Assembly: GCA_002189035.1 (NCBI GenBank)
Contig: NEEC01000014.1
Location: 682,001-746,000, forward strand
DNA length: 64,000 nt
Source of the DNA: Utricularia gibba
Taxonomy: Eukaryota > Plantae > Magnoliophyta
Direction of reading: 5' to 3'
This document shows positions 1 through 13,007 of this stretch, piece by piece. Position 1 is the stretch's first letter. Each line of letters opens with the position of its first letter. Below the pieces are notes generated by a model. That model saw nothing but the letters and a program-made list of their open reading frames with translations, did no database searches and was not told the origin of the DNA. The translations under genes were made by a program, and so were the position numbers.

Positions 1-8
1 ACTTTTAC

Positions 9-769
9 CGGAAAAGCGAGACTTGAATCAAGCTATCCGGCCACCACATGAACGGAGAATCTACGAGGAGACGGCGGTATATCCCGGCCCACCCATAACC
101 CAGTAACTGAAAAACATTAAAAAACAAACGCAAATAAGATTCTGAAAAATATCTCATCGAAGATTCTGCAACTGATAACCTGGGTTGTTTGGGCGAGGAG
201 CCACCCGGCGAGAGGATTCAACTGGCGATGGTAAAAGGCTTTGACGATGGTAACAATACTGACAGCATAAACACCGCCGGAGCCGCAGCTCGCGAAAATG
301 GTAATCAAAACGTGTTCTTTCATATTAAACGGACCGGGATTGAAGGAAAACTTGTACTTCACAAACGGAATTGTGAATTGGGTAGTCGGCAGAGCTCTGG
401 CCATCAGTTTACCGAGAGGCAAAGTAACGATCTGCGCCGTTACCGACGAGATAGAGAGCGGATTTTGCCTGTACCCGAAAAACTGGTTCAAGAACGCCAA
501 AAGCGCGCACGACAACAGTCCAAGCACCCACGTCCTGAAAGTGAGCGCCGGCTGCGAAGAATCGTCGGTTGTCGGAACCGTGAGACGCACCTGCTCAATC
601 GGGCAGTCGTTTTCTTCTCCATCGTCACCTTCAAAACAACAGCAACAAAAAAATCACACACCCAGAAAGAACACCTCAACACATGAGACAGAAGTCTAAT
701 AGTTTTCACAATACCACCACCAATTTCAAGCTTGAAATCACGACTGCCGAGGATTTCGACGTCTGCCAT
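9..769 (-). CDS. OPT: Oligopeptide transporter (OPT family), 5' part; gene runs off the window start
   Basis: Exons about 769-715, 628-180 and 106-9 with GT-AG junctions (the exon 1 donor has in-frame alternatives). Translation gives [17 protein letters not shown]...[26 protein letters not shown] and LLGYGWAG...MWWP, all typical OPT motifs. Confidence 0.93.
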
Positions 770-1560
770 TGTCCAGATCCGGCCGGCGAGGAAGAAGACG
801 TTACAGAAATCAGAGGCGAATGTGTGGGGGAGTTTTAATGGTGCCCGCCACTAAACAAATACTCATCACGTGAAATCAGCGCCTCATAAGGTAACCGCAA
901 TTTTTGTATCTCCAGATTCTTTTGCATTTAAAACCCTTTTCCAGAATTATGTACCTCTCCTTCTTTTCCCATATGAAAGTAAATTTTCATTATGATAACT
1001 TTCCATATATTTGGCACAGGATTTAAATATAGTAAAAATTATTATTATTTTTTAATGTAATATCTTATAATTGGAAAATATCAAATCTTTTATTTCAATC
1101 ATTGGTAAATCTTATCTGATATATTTATCAGCATTTTTTCTTCTACTATTCTATGTAGGAAAAGGATACAATCCTAAATATCTGCTTATTGAGTAAGATG
1201 GATAATGACACACGTGTGAATTCAAGAAAGGGGCTTATGAATGAGGCGTGAAGTCCAACAAAACTGCACATGGTCTCTATTCTGCTAACAGCAGTCCGTT
1301 GAGTGGGGAGGTGCATGTTTGCAAGAAAAGTCATGTTTGAAAGCGATGTGGGAATGTGGATTTTGTTGAAAATTATTGTGTAGAGTACAGCTGAGTGATA
1401 TCCCAATTTTCTGAGTGACTGATTTCAATTTTTGGAATTAGAAAACCAATCCATTTTCTAACAGCAACAGCAGACAGGCGATGAGTTGCAACCCTCATTC
1501 ATTCACAGGGTTGAAAGCAAGAAATGAGTTGGACTGGACCTCCTGAGTGATGGTGGTGTC

Positions 1561-4500
1561 TTAGTAATGCTCCTGATAGATTGCACCGAACTCTGCTCGC
1601 CAGGCTTGATCCTCGTTGTGAGGAGCAACGGTGATCGTGTCATCTGAATAAATTGGTGGTCTTAGAGCTGCCTCGGGCAATCTGCTCTCAGCAAGGTACT
1701 GTTTCATCGTAGACATCTCAATCTTGTGCTTCTGCTTCAGGTTCTCTATTTGCTTTCTCATCTTTTCATTGTCTTCCTTCATGTACCTCTGTTGTTCCTG
1801 CATGTATCGATCAGATCATGTCAGCAGATGAATTCTCCTCGAAATGAACTGTTTTAGCTATTTATTTTACCTCTGCTTCTGAGGCTGCTTCCTCAGCTTG
1901 CCTTAGTCTCACTAGAAGCTCACCCGCAGCGTGCACGGCTTCAGCAGTGTCCTTGAGCTGAATTCTAAGGCTTTTGTTTTCCTTTCTAAGCAGTGTCCTC
2001 TCATGCTCTCGTTGTGCTCGGGCTGCAGAGAGCTCTGATGTGAGTGCCTTTGCAAGACGAGTGCCACGACGGCCGGTGGCTCCTGCTTTGCAAGCAGCCT
2101 TCTTCACCTCTGCTAGCCATTCCATCATTGATCTGTACTTCACTAACATGTCATTGTAGTTCTCCTGGAGTTCAGTATAATGCTCAACCAGTCTGGCATG
2201 CCCCATAACTGATCTCTTCAAGGCATCATCTAGCTCTTCCACGCACTGCTTTTCCTTGGCCAACTCCTGTTGGCTGTCCTCAGCTCGCTGACGGTTATGC
2301 TCGATCTCGATTCTCAGGTCATCAGTCAGTGAAATCCACTCACTCTCCATTTCCATCCACTTCTCTCTCTCCTTCTCGAACTCCTCACGGCTGTTTACTG
2401 GAGCAGCTGCAAAACTTTTTCTCAATTGCAATGACTGTGACAGCAAAGAATTTCTTAGTTTGTCTGATGATCTTCTTGTGGGTGCGCTGGTGTAGAATTG
2501 CAGCTTGTTTTGTAGAAGCTCAATTTCCTTTAGAAGTGCATCCTTCTCGTCTGTGGGGAAGTTGACTTCATCAGCTTTATCTACCATGGATTCAAGGGCC
2601 CTTGTTTCGTCACCAACAACTGTCTGAAGCTGAAAAAGAAGGAAATTTGAGCAAGGTACAGCCACAAGGATTCCAAAACATTGCACGAAGAGATTTTAAC
2701 CTGACTATCTGGTTCATTTTCACTGATTGTCTCCAGCTTTTGGTTCTTAATGCTGCTGAAATTTGAAGAGTTACGAGATGTACTTAAATCAGCATGAGTT
2801 GAAGACAGCTCCTCTATCTGCAAAAACCATTGTTATCAGGATGGGCATTACTTTAAAGGCGAAATGATAATCTTTTACCTTTCGCTTCAGATTCTCTATT
2901 TGAGCTGCTTGATCCTCACACGTACGCCTCAGTTCCTCTTCTGTCTGGATATCCTACAAGATTGACAACAAAGTGGCATTGAGAAATGAAGAGCCGCTTG
3001 ATATTTTCAAGTGATGAAGGCAGCCTGAGATAACCTGCTTCGTTTCATTGCTATTTCTGGATTGGCATCTGGTGCACAAAAGGGTAGCTGAGGTCTTAGC
3101 CAAAGATCCTCCTCCTTCACAAGGCGAGGACTCAACAGAAGTATTGGCTCTGTCAGCCAAAGGACAAGGCTTCAGTGCCAAACGCTCGAAAGAAAATGAA
3201 GCAGATCTCGCAAGTCCTGAGTTCTTTTGATGAGAGTTGATGATCTCTAGTCCCTTTTGGAGGCTAGCTGCCAGCGTATCTGTAGAGCCTGCAAAGATTC
3301 TACTAGATCTCAAGGATGACTGATTCGTGTCTACTTGATGATCCGCTGAGTTATTTGCAGCATGGTTCATCAGCAACTCCGAGCTTTTCTTTTGTGAGCT
3401 TTTAATTGTAGGAGACTCAGACAGTACAGGGCCTTGAAGGTCAGCAGACTGGTTGAAATCACTGACCGATGAAGTATCCAAGGACAAAGAACGAAGAGCC
3501 TTTAATTTTGGAGCTTCATCATGTTCATCCATCTCTAGTGTATCGTTTGAATCAATTTCTTCACCATCACTCTCTTCAGAACAGCTCAAATAAACATCAG
3601 CATTGGATCCTAAGTGACAGCCTTCGGCAGAGTACAGGAGACTGTTCTCCCCGTTCTCAGATTCTTCCTCTAAGCTGCCATCATGAGTGCTGTGCAGGTT
3701 ACAGATTTGAAGCTTGAGCTTTTTTACATCGTCTTCGGTGAAGGATATATCTTCTTCGGAGTCTTTTTCAATGCAGGGCAAGATGAGTGAACGTGAGAGG
3801 CTTAATCTCAACTTATTCAGGATTTCACGCTCATTGCCCCCTTTGAAATATCCATTACTGCTGCTGCCAAGGGAATTGCATGAGCTGGATTTGGCTAACA
3901 TGAGTTCTTCCTGCAGTTTTCATCCACGGAGAATCCTGTTACATTAAAAAAATTGGAACTTCTTTGCTTAGACAAGAAAATAATACCTTCAAACGCCGGA
4001 TTTGATCACTGAGGTCATTGACTTCATCTTCTTTAATTTCATTCTCTATAGGTTCATTCTTCATGAGCCTTACTAGCAACCCAAACCTGAGTGTGCTTAT
4101 CGTTTCACTGAAGTTTCTATTCACGTTGAAGGGGAAAAACAACCATCAAAACATTTTTCACAATTAAAGTTAATCAACAGAAAAACGTAAGGTTCTTTTT
4201 ACTTGTTTTCTGGAGATACAGTGCATAGCAATGAAAGTTTAGCATTGCCTCCGAATGACTCCTTAAGCAAATGTGACATACACGAACTCCTGTATGGAAC
4301 TTCACTGGGCTTTCCTGATTGGTTTGCTTCAGCCAGAACATTTACCAAGAATCTGCGCCCAATGATAAAAAACTAATTACAAACAACTCTAGATTCAAAA
4401 CACCCAGACAGACAAGTTTATTGAACAATGGTGTACCCCAGCTTTGATAATGACTTCTTTATGTACTTTATTTCCTTCACATCTTGTCTGGTGGAGTCAT

Positions 4501-6287
4501 CAGACAAGTTTCTCTCAAATCCGGCAAGATCAACCAGACTAATCCTGCTAGTCCTTAAAGTACCAAATCCCATTGATGATTCCTCCTGCAGTTTTAATCC
4601 ATTAAAGAGTTCAATCTAAACCACCATGTTTATAGTGACGAGAAACATAAGTATGCTAATGGAGCAGCAGGATGAATTTAATGCACATTACAACATATTA
4701 GAACTTGATTTGTAGATTCAGTGAAACTACCTTGCACCAAGATTCAATCACACATGTGAACATAATATGGGACCTTGAGCTCTTGGAATTAACGCTGGTT
4801 GCACCTACTTTTCTATGTGACAGGCCCTGCAGATTAACCGTTTTATTATAAGTGTTACTGAGCATCATAACAATAAAAACACCTGATAGAAGAAAACTCT
4901 CTTTCGCACCTTTATCAAAATCTGAGCCACATCTTCATAAGAGGATACATACTCCTCCGTCAAATTCTCAACATAGACTCCATTCTTTGGATCATCCTTT
5001 ATCTGCAATCATAATGGCAAAAATCAACTTACAAATTCCAGATGACATGCTCTCTGATATCTAGAAATGATTTGTCGGCTAGCAAACCTCCAAGTCTCTT
5101 AGTGTTGGGTCAATTAAGTCACATATCTTTTCATCATAGACCTACACATTTGGTTAAACACGTAAGTCACACATACAAAGATCAAGCCAGGAGCTGAATA
5201 TTAAATGGGAAAAAGTTCAACCTCGAGGAATGAGCAGCGACAGTGATAATTTGACGGCTTTCCATTGAAGTTGCCTTTATCCTATGTCAGTAATAAGTAT
5301 TTAGCCAAAGTTCAAGAATTCTCATTTAGAGCTCAGGCAACGGAACCTAAAAAAATTACATTTTGTAACTCCAAGAAAAGGTCCCGGAAAATCCGTGGTA
5401 CAATTCCTTGCAATCCAATGTCTGTTTGACCTTCAACCATGGAACTAGGTGGTCCCCACAATGTGTAAGTCTTGCCACTTCCCGTCTAGCATTGCAGACC
5501 CAAGATCATCAGAAAATCACAAGTTTTTTGAGATCTGAGTAGATGCGGTATTCAAGAAAAGACAAGTGTAATCTAAACCTGTCCATACGCCACAATTGAC
5601 GCGTTATACCCTGACAACGCATCCTTAACCAAGGGAGCACCAACTCTTTGATATACGTCTTCCTACAGCAATTCAACAATGTTTGTATTTGTGAAATTAG
5701 GTTTTGAAGTTAAAACCTAGCACAGTGAGCATCCTGTACCTGAGTAGAATTAGCATCAAATACAGAGTCAAAGGCATAATTTTTTCCGGCAACAGAGAGA
5801 GTCTGCTTGGTGACATTTCCGAAAGACTTGTCAGTAAATGCGACGCTTTTAACCGGTTTAACCCTGACAAAAACCTGCCCAGCATACAACAGACAAGCAC
5901 CTTTATTTTTAACAACTCATGAGGAATTTCAAAAGCGTGATCGCAGAAAACTGAACGAAAAGTTGTTACTTCGACTACCTTCACTGAAGGATCTAGGCTC
6001 TCCGTTGCTCTGTCCGGCTCCAAAGGAGTTTTTTCCCCTTCCATAAGAGGACCATTAGTCGCTTTTGGTTGCGACCTTTTGGTGAACAGCTTGGACGCAG
6101 AATGCAGAGACCCCTGGATCTGGATATTAGGATCGGCTGGTGGAATGTTTTCGGCATCTATTCCAATATTCGATCGGGAACCTGAAACCCTGCCAACCTT
6201 CTGCTTTGCTTTAGGAAGAAGATTCTTGAACGGCCGGGAAGAAAAAAGCGTACTGCTTCCATAGATTTCTGAATTCGTCTTCCCCAT
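1561..6287 (-). CDS. KIN12F: Kinesin-12 family motor (KIN12F-like), 16 exons
   Basis: Exons 6287-5979, 5874-5740, 5662-5579, 5485-5360, 5281-5222, 5141-5088, 5002-4910, 4826-4731, 4585-4437, 4352-4203, 4116-3987, 3910-3035, 2953-2879, 2817-2701, 2629-1871, 1797-1561, phase-consistent. P-loop AYGQTGSGKT, switch [13 protein letters not shown] motif, coiled-coil tail and C-terminal [13 protein letters not shown]. Confidence 0.92.
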
Positions 6288-6450
6288 CACGATTCAACAG
6301 ACACAAACTTCGTAAAACTCAAGACTGGAGACAAGAAGTCAGGTAATTTGTTTGAGAATTTGATTTGCAGAAGAGAGATGAAATGAGGCGTTGTCAGTCA
6401 ATGGGAATGAAGACACAGAAGGCGTGGGTAGCATTATTGAAAAAGGAAGG

Positions 6451-6490
6451 AGCCGTTGGGCTTTTTTTTTTGAAATATTCGACCGTTGGA
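6451..6490 (-). promoter_or_regulatory. Two MSA (MYB3R-binding) elements upstream of kinesin-12
   Basis: Minus-strand CCCAACGGCT (6451-6460) and TCCAACGGTC (6481-6490) match the YCYAACGGYY consensus, about 165-200 nt upstream of the kinesin ATG. Confidence 0.75.
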
Positions 6491-6532
6491 AGTTGCAACG
6501 TTCGAATATTTCAAAGTTGATGACGACATGGA

Positions 6533-6581
6533 TGGGCCCATTTGGGCTATTGACTTATGGGCCAACGAATATATCGGCCCA
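6533..6581. promoter_or_regulatory. Cluster of four site II (TGGGCY) elements upstream of ATP23
   Basis: TGGGCC 6533, TGGGCT 6543, TGGGCC 6558 and GGCCCA 6576, within about 110 nt of the ATP23 ATG. Site II motifs are typical of nuclear genes for mitochondrial proteins. Confidence 0.65.
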
Positions 6582-6640
6582 CTTAATCACAGATGGCTGC
6601 CGAGGTTGATCTTTAGGAGTTGCAGAGGTGCGGCGTTGTC

Positions 6641-7755
6641 ATGGCGGCTGACTCAACCGCCGGGGATCGTAAATTCGCCGTCCCAAATGGTGGAATGTCG
6701 GTGGATGAATGCGAGGATATGATCAGGAGAAGTCTTAGAAGTGATGCGACTGAAAAATTGGGACTTTTTAAGCACAAGGGCGTAAATATTTGGAATTCTG
6801 AACTGTTTCTTTTGTTTTTGTCGTTGTTACAGCGCCCATGGTGAAATTTCTAAAGGAGAATCTCAAGAAATCTGGATGCAGCATCGGAAGCAATTTCATC
6901 AAGGCAGTTAACTGCAAAGAGGCGACGGCTGGTGGTTATCTTCCCGGCGAAGGGGTAATTGGAAAACGATTCTTTGATAAATTTACCTGTTCTCCCGCAT
7001 TTTTAGTATTTTTTTCCTCTCCTTTCTGTTAGATCAGAGTATGCAGTAATCACTTGCAACTTCAAGATGAGGTAACACAAGTGGTGATTCACGAGCTCAT
7101 CCATGCTTATGATGAATGCCGGGCTGCAAATCTGAAATGGTCCAACTGCGCTCACCATGCTTGCAGTGAGGTGATAGTTTCAAGGATTTCACTTTCCCGT
7201 GAGATTCCTCGCATTGGAATAGTGAAAATAGGTGTGGGTTTATTGACTGCCATGTGTTGATGCAACAGATTCGAGCTGGTCATTTAAGTGGCGATTGCCA
7301 TTTCAAAAGGGAGCTACTTCGTGGTTATTTGAAGTTAAGAGGTCATGAACAGGTGTGCTACTCTACGACTACTGCCTGTATCTCTGTCTGAAATGTGTGG
7401 ATTACTAGATCAAGAGCATGAACGCTTATTCTATTTGATGGAATCTGAGAATGTCGACATCATTGAAGTATTTGTGATTTTGATTGTAGCTTGAGCTTTA
7501 TAGTATGGCCTCTCTACATAGGAATAGAGGAACTTTTCTGGGATATGTTGATCTTCTGATTCTGAGGATATGTTGATTCTTTTGGCTTCTTATGACAGGC
7601 TAATGGTTAAACTTGTGCAGGACTGCATACGGCGAAGAGTAATGATGTCAGTTACGGCAAACCCATACTGCTCCGAGGCTGCAGCTAAGGATGCGATGGA
7701 GGCTGTTTGGGATGTTTGTTACAATGACACGAAGCCATTTGATAGAGCTCCCTGA
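6641..7755 (+). CDS. ATP23: Mitochondrial inner membrane protease ATP23
   Basis: Exons 6641-6740, 6833-6954, 7033-7170, 7269-7352, 7621-7755. HELIH (HExxH) metalloprotease motif, HHACSEIRAGHLSGDC and C-terminal DTKPFDRAP. Confidence 0.95.
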
Positions 7756-8182
7756 AGGACGACACAATTGAACTCTCATGTCCAGTCAGTAATTGTCATT
7801 AGATAAATGGCATTTATATGCCCATGCTATTCTGTCGAATTTCTGTATCTGCTCTACAACTACAGGGCAATGGAGCTATCAATTTGTTTGACAAATGAAG
7901 TTAGAGAAAATCAAAACACAAGCTTGAGTTATCCATCAGCTCAATGCAACTTCTGTAGTCAAACACAGGAAGCCCAGTAGTGATGTGTGGCTTGTGGAGA
8001 ATCACAAGAATATCCTTTGTAATTTATAGTTATTGCTTATCCCCTAAACAAAACCCAAAAAAAAAAAAAAAAAATTCAATCTTGCACGTTGTGTTGCTTC
8101 ATGCTTCTGAACTTTCATGCCTATTCAGAAAGTCCGATTCGGAAGGAAACGCGCCCCACAAAATCTTAGTTTCTTTTACTTC

Positions 8183-10273
8183 ATGGCAAGATCAACTTTC
8201 CCCTTCTTGATTCTGCTTCTCTGCGTGTTTTCGAGCTCCCCTGTCGAGTCTCATGAACAAGGGTGGATAATTGCGGAAATATCGGAAAAGGGTCTTGATT
8301 TTATCAAGGATTTGCTGACCCAAAAGGCCGAGTCTTCACTAGTTCCAATTGAGCTACCCCAGATTGAGAAAACGGTGCATATACCACTTGTGGGCAACGT
8401 TGATGCTGTTCTTTCTGGAATTGTGATTCAGACAATAAATTTGAATTCGTCTACGGTGAAAATTGGAGATAGTGCGCTAGTTCTGTATGTTTCTGGTGCA
8501 ACTGCTAGCATGAGCCTGATGTGGGAGTACTCATATAGAGCTCTGTGGTTACCTTTCGCGTTTTCTGATCAAGGAAATGCTTCTATTCAGGTATCATTAC
8601 TTCATTGTTGTGTTCTTACTGAACTGTGAACTCTTGTATCCTGCATCTGTGAATGTAAATCACTCCTCTTTTGCTTTTACTTGCATGGGCTAGACTCAAA
8701 TTTCAGGTGTTCTTAAGGAAAGTTTAGCTGCAAATGACTCTCCAAAGAAAATGATAGTTTGACTACTTCATAGGTTGAGGGAATGGAAGTCGGCCTCTCA
8801 TTGGCTCTGAAGACAGTAGAAGGATCTTTGACACTGTCTGTGTTGGATTCTGGATGCTTTGTGAATGATATATCTATAGAATTAAATGGAGGGGCATCAT
8901 GGCTTTATCAAGGGTGCGTACCTTTTCTCTTTCATTACCATTTTTCCGGTCAAATTTCCCACTCATTTCTCGCTGTTGATGCCATTCTTCACCGATTCGT
9001 AGCAAGTAAAAAATGCAAGTGATGATGAAAAGATGGGAGTTTTTATCTATGCTTTCACTTTGACACTTGAAATTCCTTAGTTCTCTTTCAGCAACTCCTT
9101 TTCAGGTTGTTAGATGCTTTTGTGGGAAGAATTGAAGCAGCTGTTGAGGATGCTGTTTCTGGTAAACTGAGTGAAGCTATTGCAACCCTTAACTCTGCAC
9201 TGAAATCCCTTCCAAAAGAAGTACCTGTAACCAGGAGTGCAGCTTTGAATGTAACATTCATGAATGATCCACAGTTGAAGGAATCATCTGTTGATATTGA
9301 AATCAGTGGTTTATTCTCTCCCAGCAATGAAACAGCACTCTCCAGCTCCAACAAAAGGCTACCGCAGTCACTGGATCTCTGCGATGATGCAAATAAGATG
9401 GTCAGTATATCAGTGCAGGAAAGTGTGCTTGAGTCAGCAGCATCAGTTTATTTTGTGGTGAGATATTACTTTGTTCCTGCCTTAGATTATCGAAATCGTC
9501 GTTTTCACCTGCCTCTGCCTCTTGTCCAAATGAAACTGGCCTTTTTCTACCAGGGAAACAAGATGCAGTGGACTGTTCAACAGGTACCTGATCCCAAGTA
9601 CCTAAACACGAAATGGTGGAGGTTTGTAATTCCACGACTGTACAAGAGTTACCCGAATCACAACATGAGCTTGGATGTTGCAGTCATTTCTCCACCTGAG
9701 ATACAAGTAATAAAGCAGCAGATCAAGGCAAAAGCTCCCTTGGACGTGGTGATCAATGTCTTAGACGAGGAGGAAGCCATTCCAGTTGCTTCCATATCAG
9801 TTGTAAGCTGTGTACACCTTGTCATCTATCTTATCAGGGTATCACTTCATAACGCATTCCATCTTCTCCAGGACCTGGAAATTTCAGCTTCCCCTGAAAT
9901 TTCTGGGAATGTTCTTACCGGCAGCTTGCAACTGAATGACTTCAATTTATTCTTGAACTGGAGCAACGTTGGAGATCTACACATTAGTCTGCTTCAGGTA
10001 TCTGTTTTTCAACTACATTCGTCTCTTCCGGCACGATTCGATTCCTGAAGGGGTTTTTGTATTTGCTTGCAGTCACTAGCCTCAGCAGCACTGAGGAGTG
10101 TGGTGTTCCCCTACATAAATCTGAAACTGTATAAAGGATTTGAACTCCCAAGCTTTCAAGGCTTCGCCTTTGAAGATGCACAAATTGTCTGCACAGATGA
10201 CTCCTGGATCATCATGTGTAGCGATGTTGCTCCTAGCAGACACATACACAGACACAGACACTCTTCCTACTGA
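8183..10273 (+). CDS. BPI/LBP family lipid-binding protein with signal peptide
   Basis: Exons 8183-8590, 8774-8913, 9106-9457, 9554-9802, 9872-9997, 10073-10273, in frame. Hydrophobic N-terminus, ISEKGLDFIKDLL, GGASWLYQG and WWRFVIPRLYKSYPN. Confidence 0.9.
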
Positions 10274-10839
10274 GAGGCAAGTCTTGCCTTCCTGTGTAAA
10301 AAAACTGAATGCTCTTTTCTGTACAGTGATGAACTCAGATCAATCATCTGCTAGTTTCGACTGCGGTTCGACTCGTAAAATCGAAATTGGTCTGTTTCAG
10401 ATTTGGATTCAGAGTCACTGGTTTGAGTGTATGCAATGCAACAAAGTGTGTGTGCATGAAGGAACATGAAAGGAAAGAGACAAAGTTTGTAGGTTTATTT
10501 GGAATAAATTTTAATTTAAAAAAACATTATAAAAAAGAATAGAAATTTCATGTACTTATTATTTTTAAAAAAACTGTTAAGTTTTAATTTAATTTATTTA
10601 AAATATTTATTGAAAATTATTTTTCGCAAAATATTAATATATCTCTGTTTATTTAATAGGAATAGCATGGGATAAAAGAATTTGAGAGTTGGGTTACACG
10701 TGGCGTCAAATGATTGGGTAACAGGATTCGTGTTCATAAAGATTTATCGTTTGTTTTCCCCCCGGCTCCCGCAACCACCATCGGTGATCCGTTTGGTCAA
10801 CTTGCAACCGCATTGCCACTCCCAAGTGAGCTCTGAAAA

Positions 10840-12668
10840 ATGTACGTTTCTACAGCGTCGAAGCTCAATCTGGCGTGTCCATGGAGCGTGAACAGCGGTC
10901 ACAGTGCCGATTTCAAAAGTCGGCGAATCGTGGTGGCGCAGTCGAGCGTCGGCGATTTGACGGCCGAATTCGAGGAAGGACAGCTCGATACACCGAAATG
11001 GGCCGGGACAACGCCGCTTTCAAGGCTTTTGGGGGTACTCATTTCGTTTAAGCCCCTGTATTCAGTTATGAAACTCGGTGCAAGACAAGTTCTTATTAGG
11101 TAATTGTGGCCTTTGTGTTTATCTGTTAACACAAATATCTTGGATTTTTATGAGACATGAAAAGTGGGTAACCACTAGTTCTTGCATATGGATTTGGCAG
11201 CACAGCTGAGAGAAACAACATTCCATGGAGGAATATGGCAAGAGAAATCTTGGAGTCTGATGTTTACAAGGAAAAGGATGCTGTTGAAGATCCATCAGTC
11301 ATTTATCCTGACTGTAATCTCCCTGTTTCTCTACAGATTTCAAGCAATACATCATCCAGTTTCTGGTCCTTCTAGATGACATCTTTCCTTTTCCAGATTA
11401 TCTCAACCCATTCCATGCATATGATGAAGGAAATCTTTCATGGGAGGTATTTGGGCTGTCCTAACTCTCATGATCACATCTGAAAGCTGTCTCATTTGAA
11501 TTTTATGTGTAGAACAGGCGGCAGCAGAAGCAGAGGCGGCCACACTGTCGATGGCTAGGAGGGCAATACCTTATGCAAATTCTGTGGATGAGGCGAATCA
11601 AATACTTCGTGGAAATTGGCTTAAAGCTATAGAATGCCATCACGAGAAGTACTCCCAAAATCGGAAAGTTGGTGACATTCTTGACATTGGTTGCTCTGTT
11701 GGTTTGAGTACAGGATACCTTGCTGATAAATTCCCTTCTGCCAAAGTAACGGTATGTCCTAGGCTGTTCATGCAATCATTTTGGAAAATTCAACGGCCTG
11801 ACTCCATCCTTACACGACCATGATACAAGGGACTTGATTTGTCTCCATATTTTCTCGCTGTTGCGCAACATAAGCACAAGGACAGGAAGCTGAAAAAAGA
11901 GAAAATGAGATGGATTCATGGAAATGGTGAAAACACAGGATTGCCTTCAAGTTCATTCGATCTGGTTTCAGTTTCATTTGTGGTATGTGTTTTTGTTCTT
12001 TTTCATTCACCAAGGTTAACCTGTCCAGTAGTCACATGACGACTTAAGTAGCATATCCTCTGTTTGTTCCCCGTATAAAATCAGTTCCATGAATGCCCTG
12101 AAAGAGCAATCAGAAATATGGTAAAGGAAGCATTCCGGCTACTCAGACCTGGTGGCACCTTCGCTGTGACGGATAATTCCGTAATGTTGCTCGAATAATT
12201 TTTGTGAATATGAATTCAGTAGCCAACTCCTTCATGCCTATTACTGAATCCTTTACTCTCCCTGTTTTTGCAGCCAAAATCAAAGATTCTTCAGGTAAGA
12301 ATCATTTCAGCTTCTCGTGTGTTTAGAAAGCAAGTGGGTAGTCCGATATGAAAATCCTACCAATGCAAGCCATATTCACATTCTCATCCGTAGTTTCGTA
12401 ATATTTCTGCAGTTAATTTGTCTTCAACCTGTAGGATGGAAATTCAATAGTTCAGAACTCTATTAGAGATGATAACTAAGATTTTATGAATATGTCACAG
12501 GAACTATCACCAGCGTTGTTCACATTGATGAAGAGTACGGAGCCGTTCACAGATGAATATTATCTCACAGATCTGGAAGGCACACTGCGGAAAGCAGGTT
12601 TCGTCAATGTGCACTCCTCTTTAACTGATCCAAGACACGGAACTGTCACTGCCACTGTCCCTTTGTAA
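10840..12668 (+). CDS. SAM-dependent methyltransferase (type 11-like), probably plastid-targeted
   Basis: Exons 10840-11099, 11201-11313, 11397-11446, 11518-11751, 11830-11982, 12085-12180, 12274-12294, 12501-12668. Motif I ILDIGCSVG, GLDLSPYFL, FHECP and PFHAYDEGNLSW. Confidence 0.92.
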
Positions 12669-13007
12669 TGTTGAAAGCTGAAGTTTTCTTAATTTCACGA
12701 TGACCCGGAGAGGGGCTCAGCTCTGTGCAGTGTGCACTAAAAAAGTAGCAACTTTCTCGAGGGCTTGCAACAAATGTTTTTTTTTTTTTTTTTTTGCAAG
12801 ACATTTGACAACAGAGTTCTGAACTGAACAAACTACATTGTTTTTAAGCTTCATAATTCATAAGCATTAGGCGCTAAATATGCAATAAATCAAGTGAATC
12901 TCTGCTCGGGCATACCACATGCACAAACCTCTGTTACTTTGGCTACAATTCGCTCTGGCTCTGGATTTGCTTGATCCGATCCATCTCTCTAACCGTGAAC
13001 AAACAGA

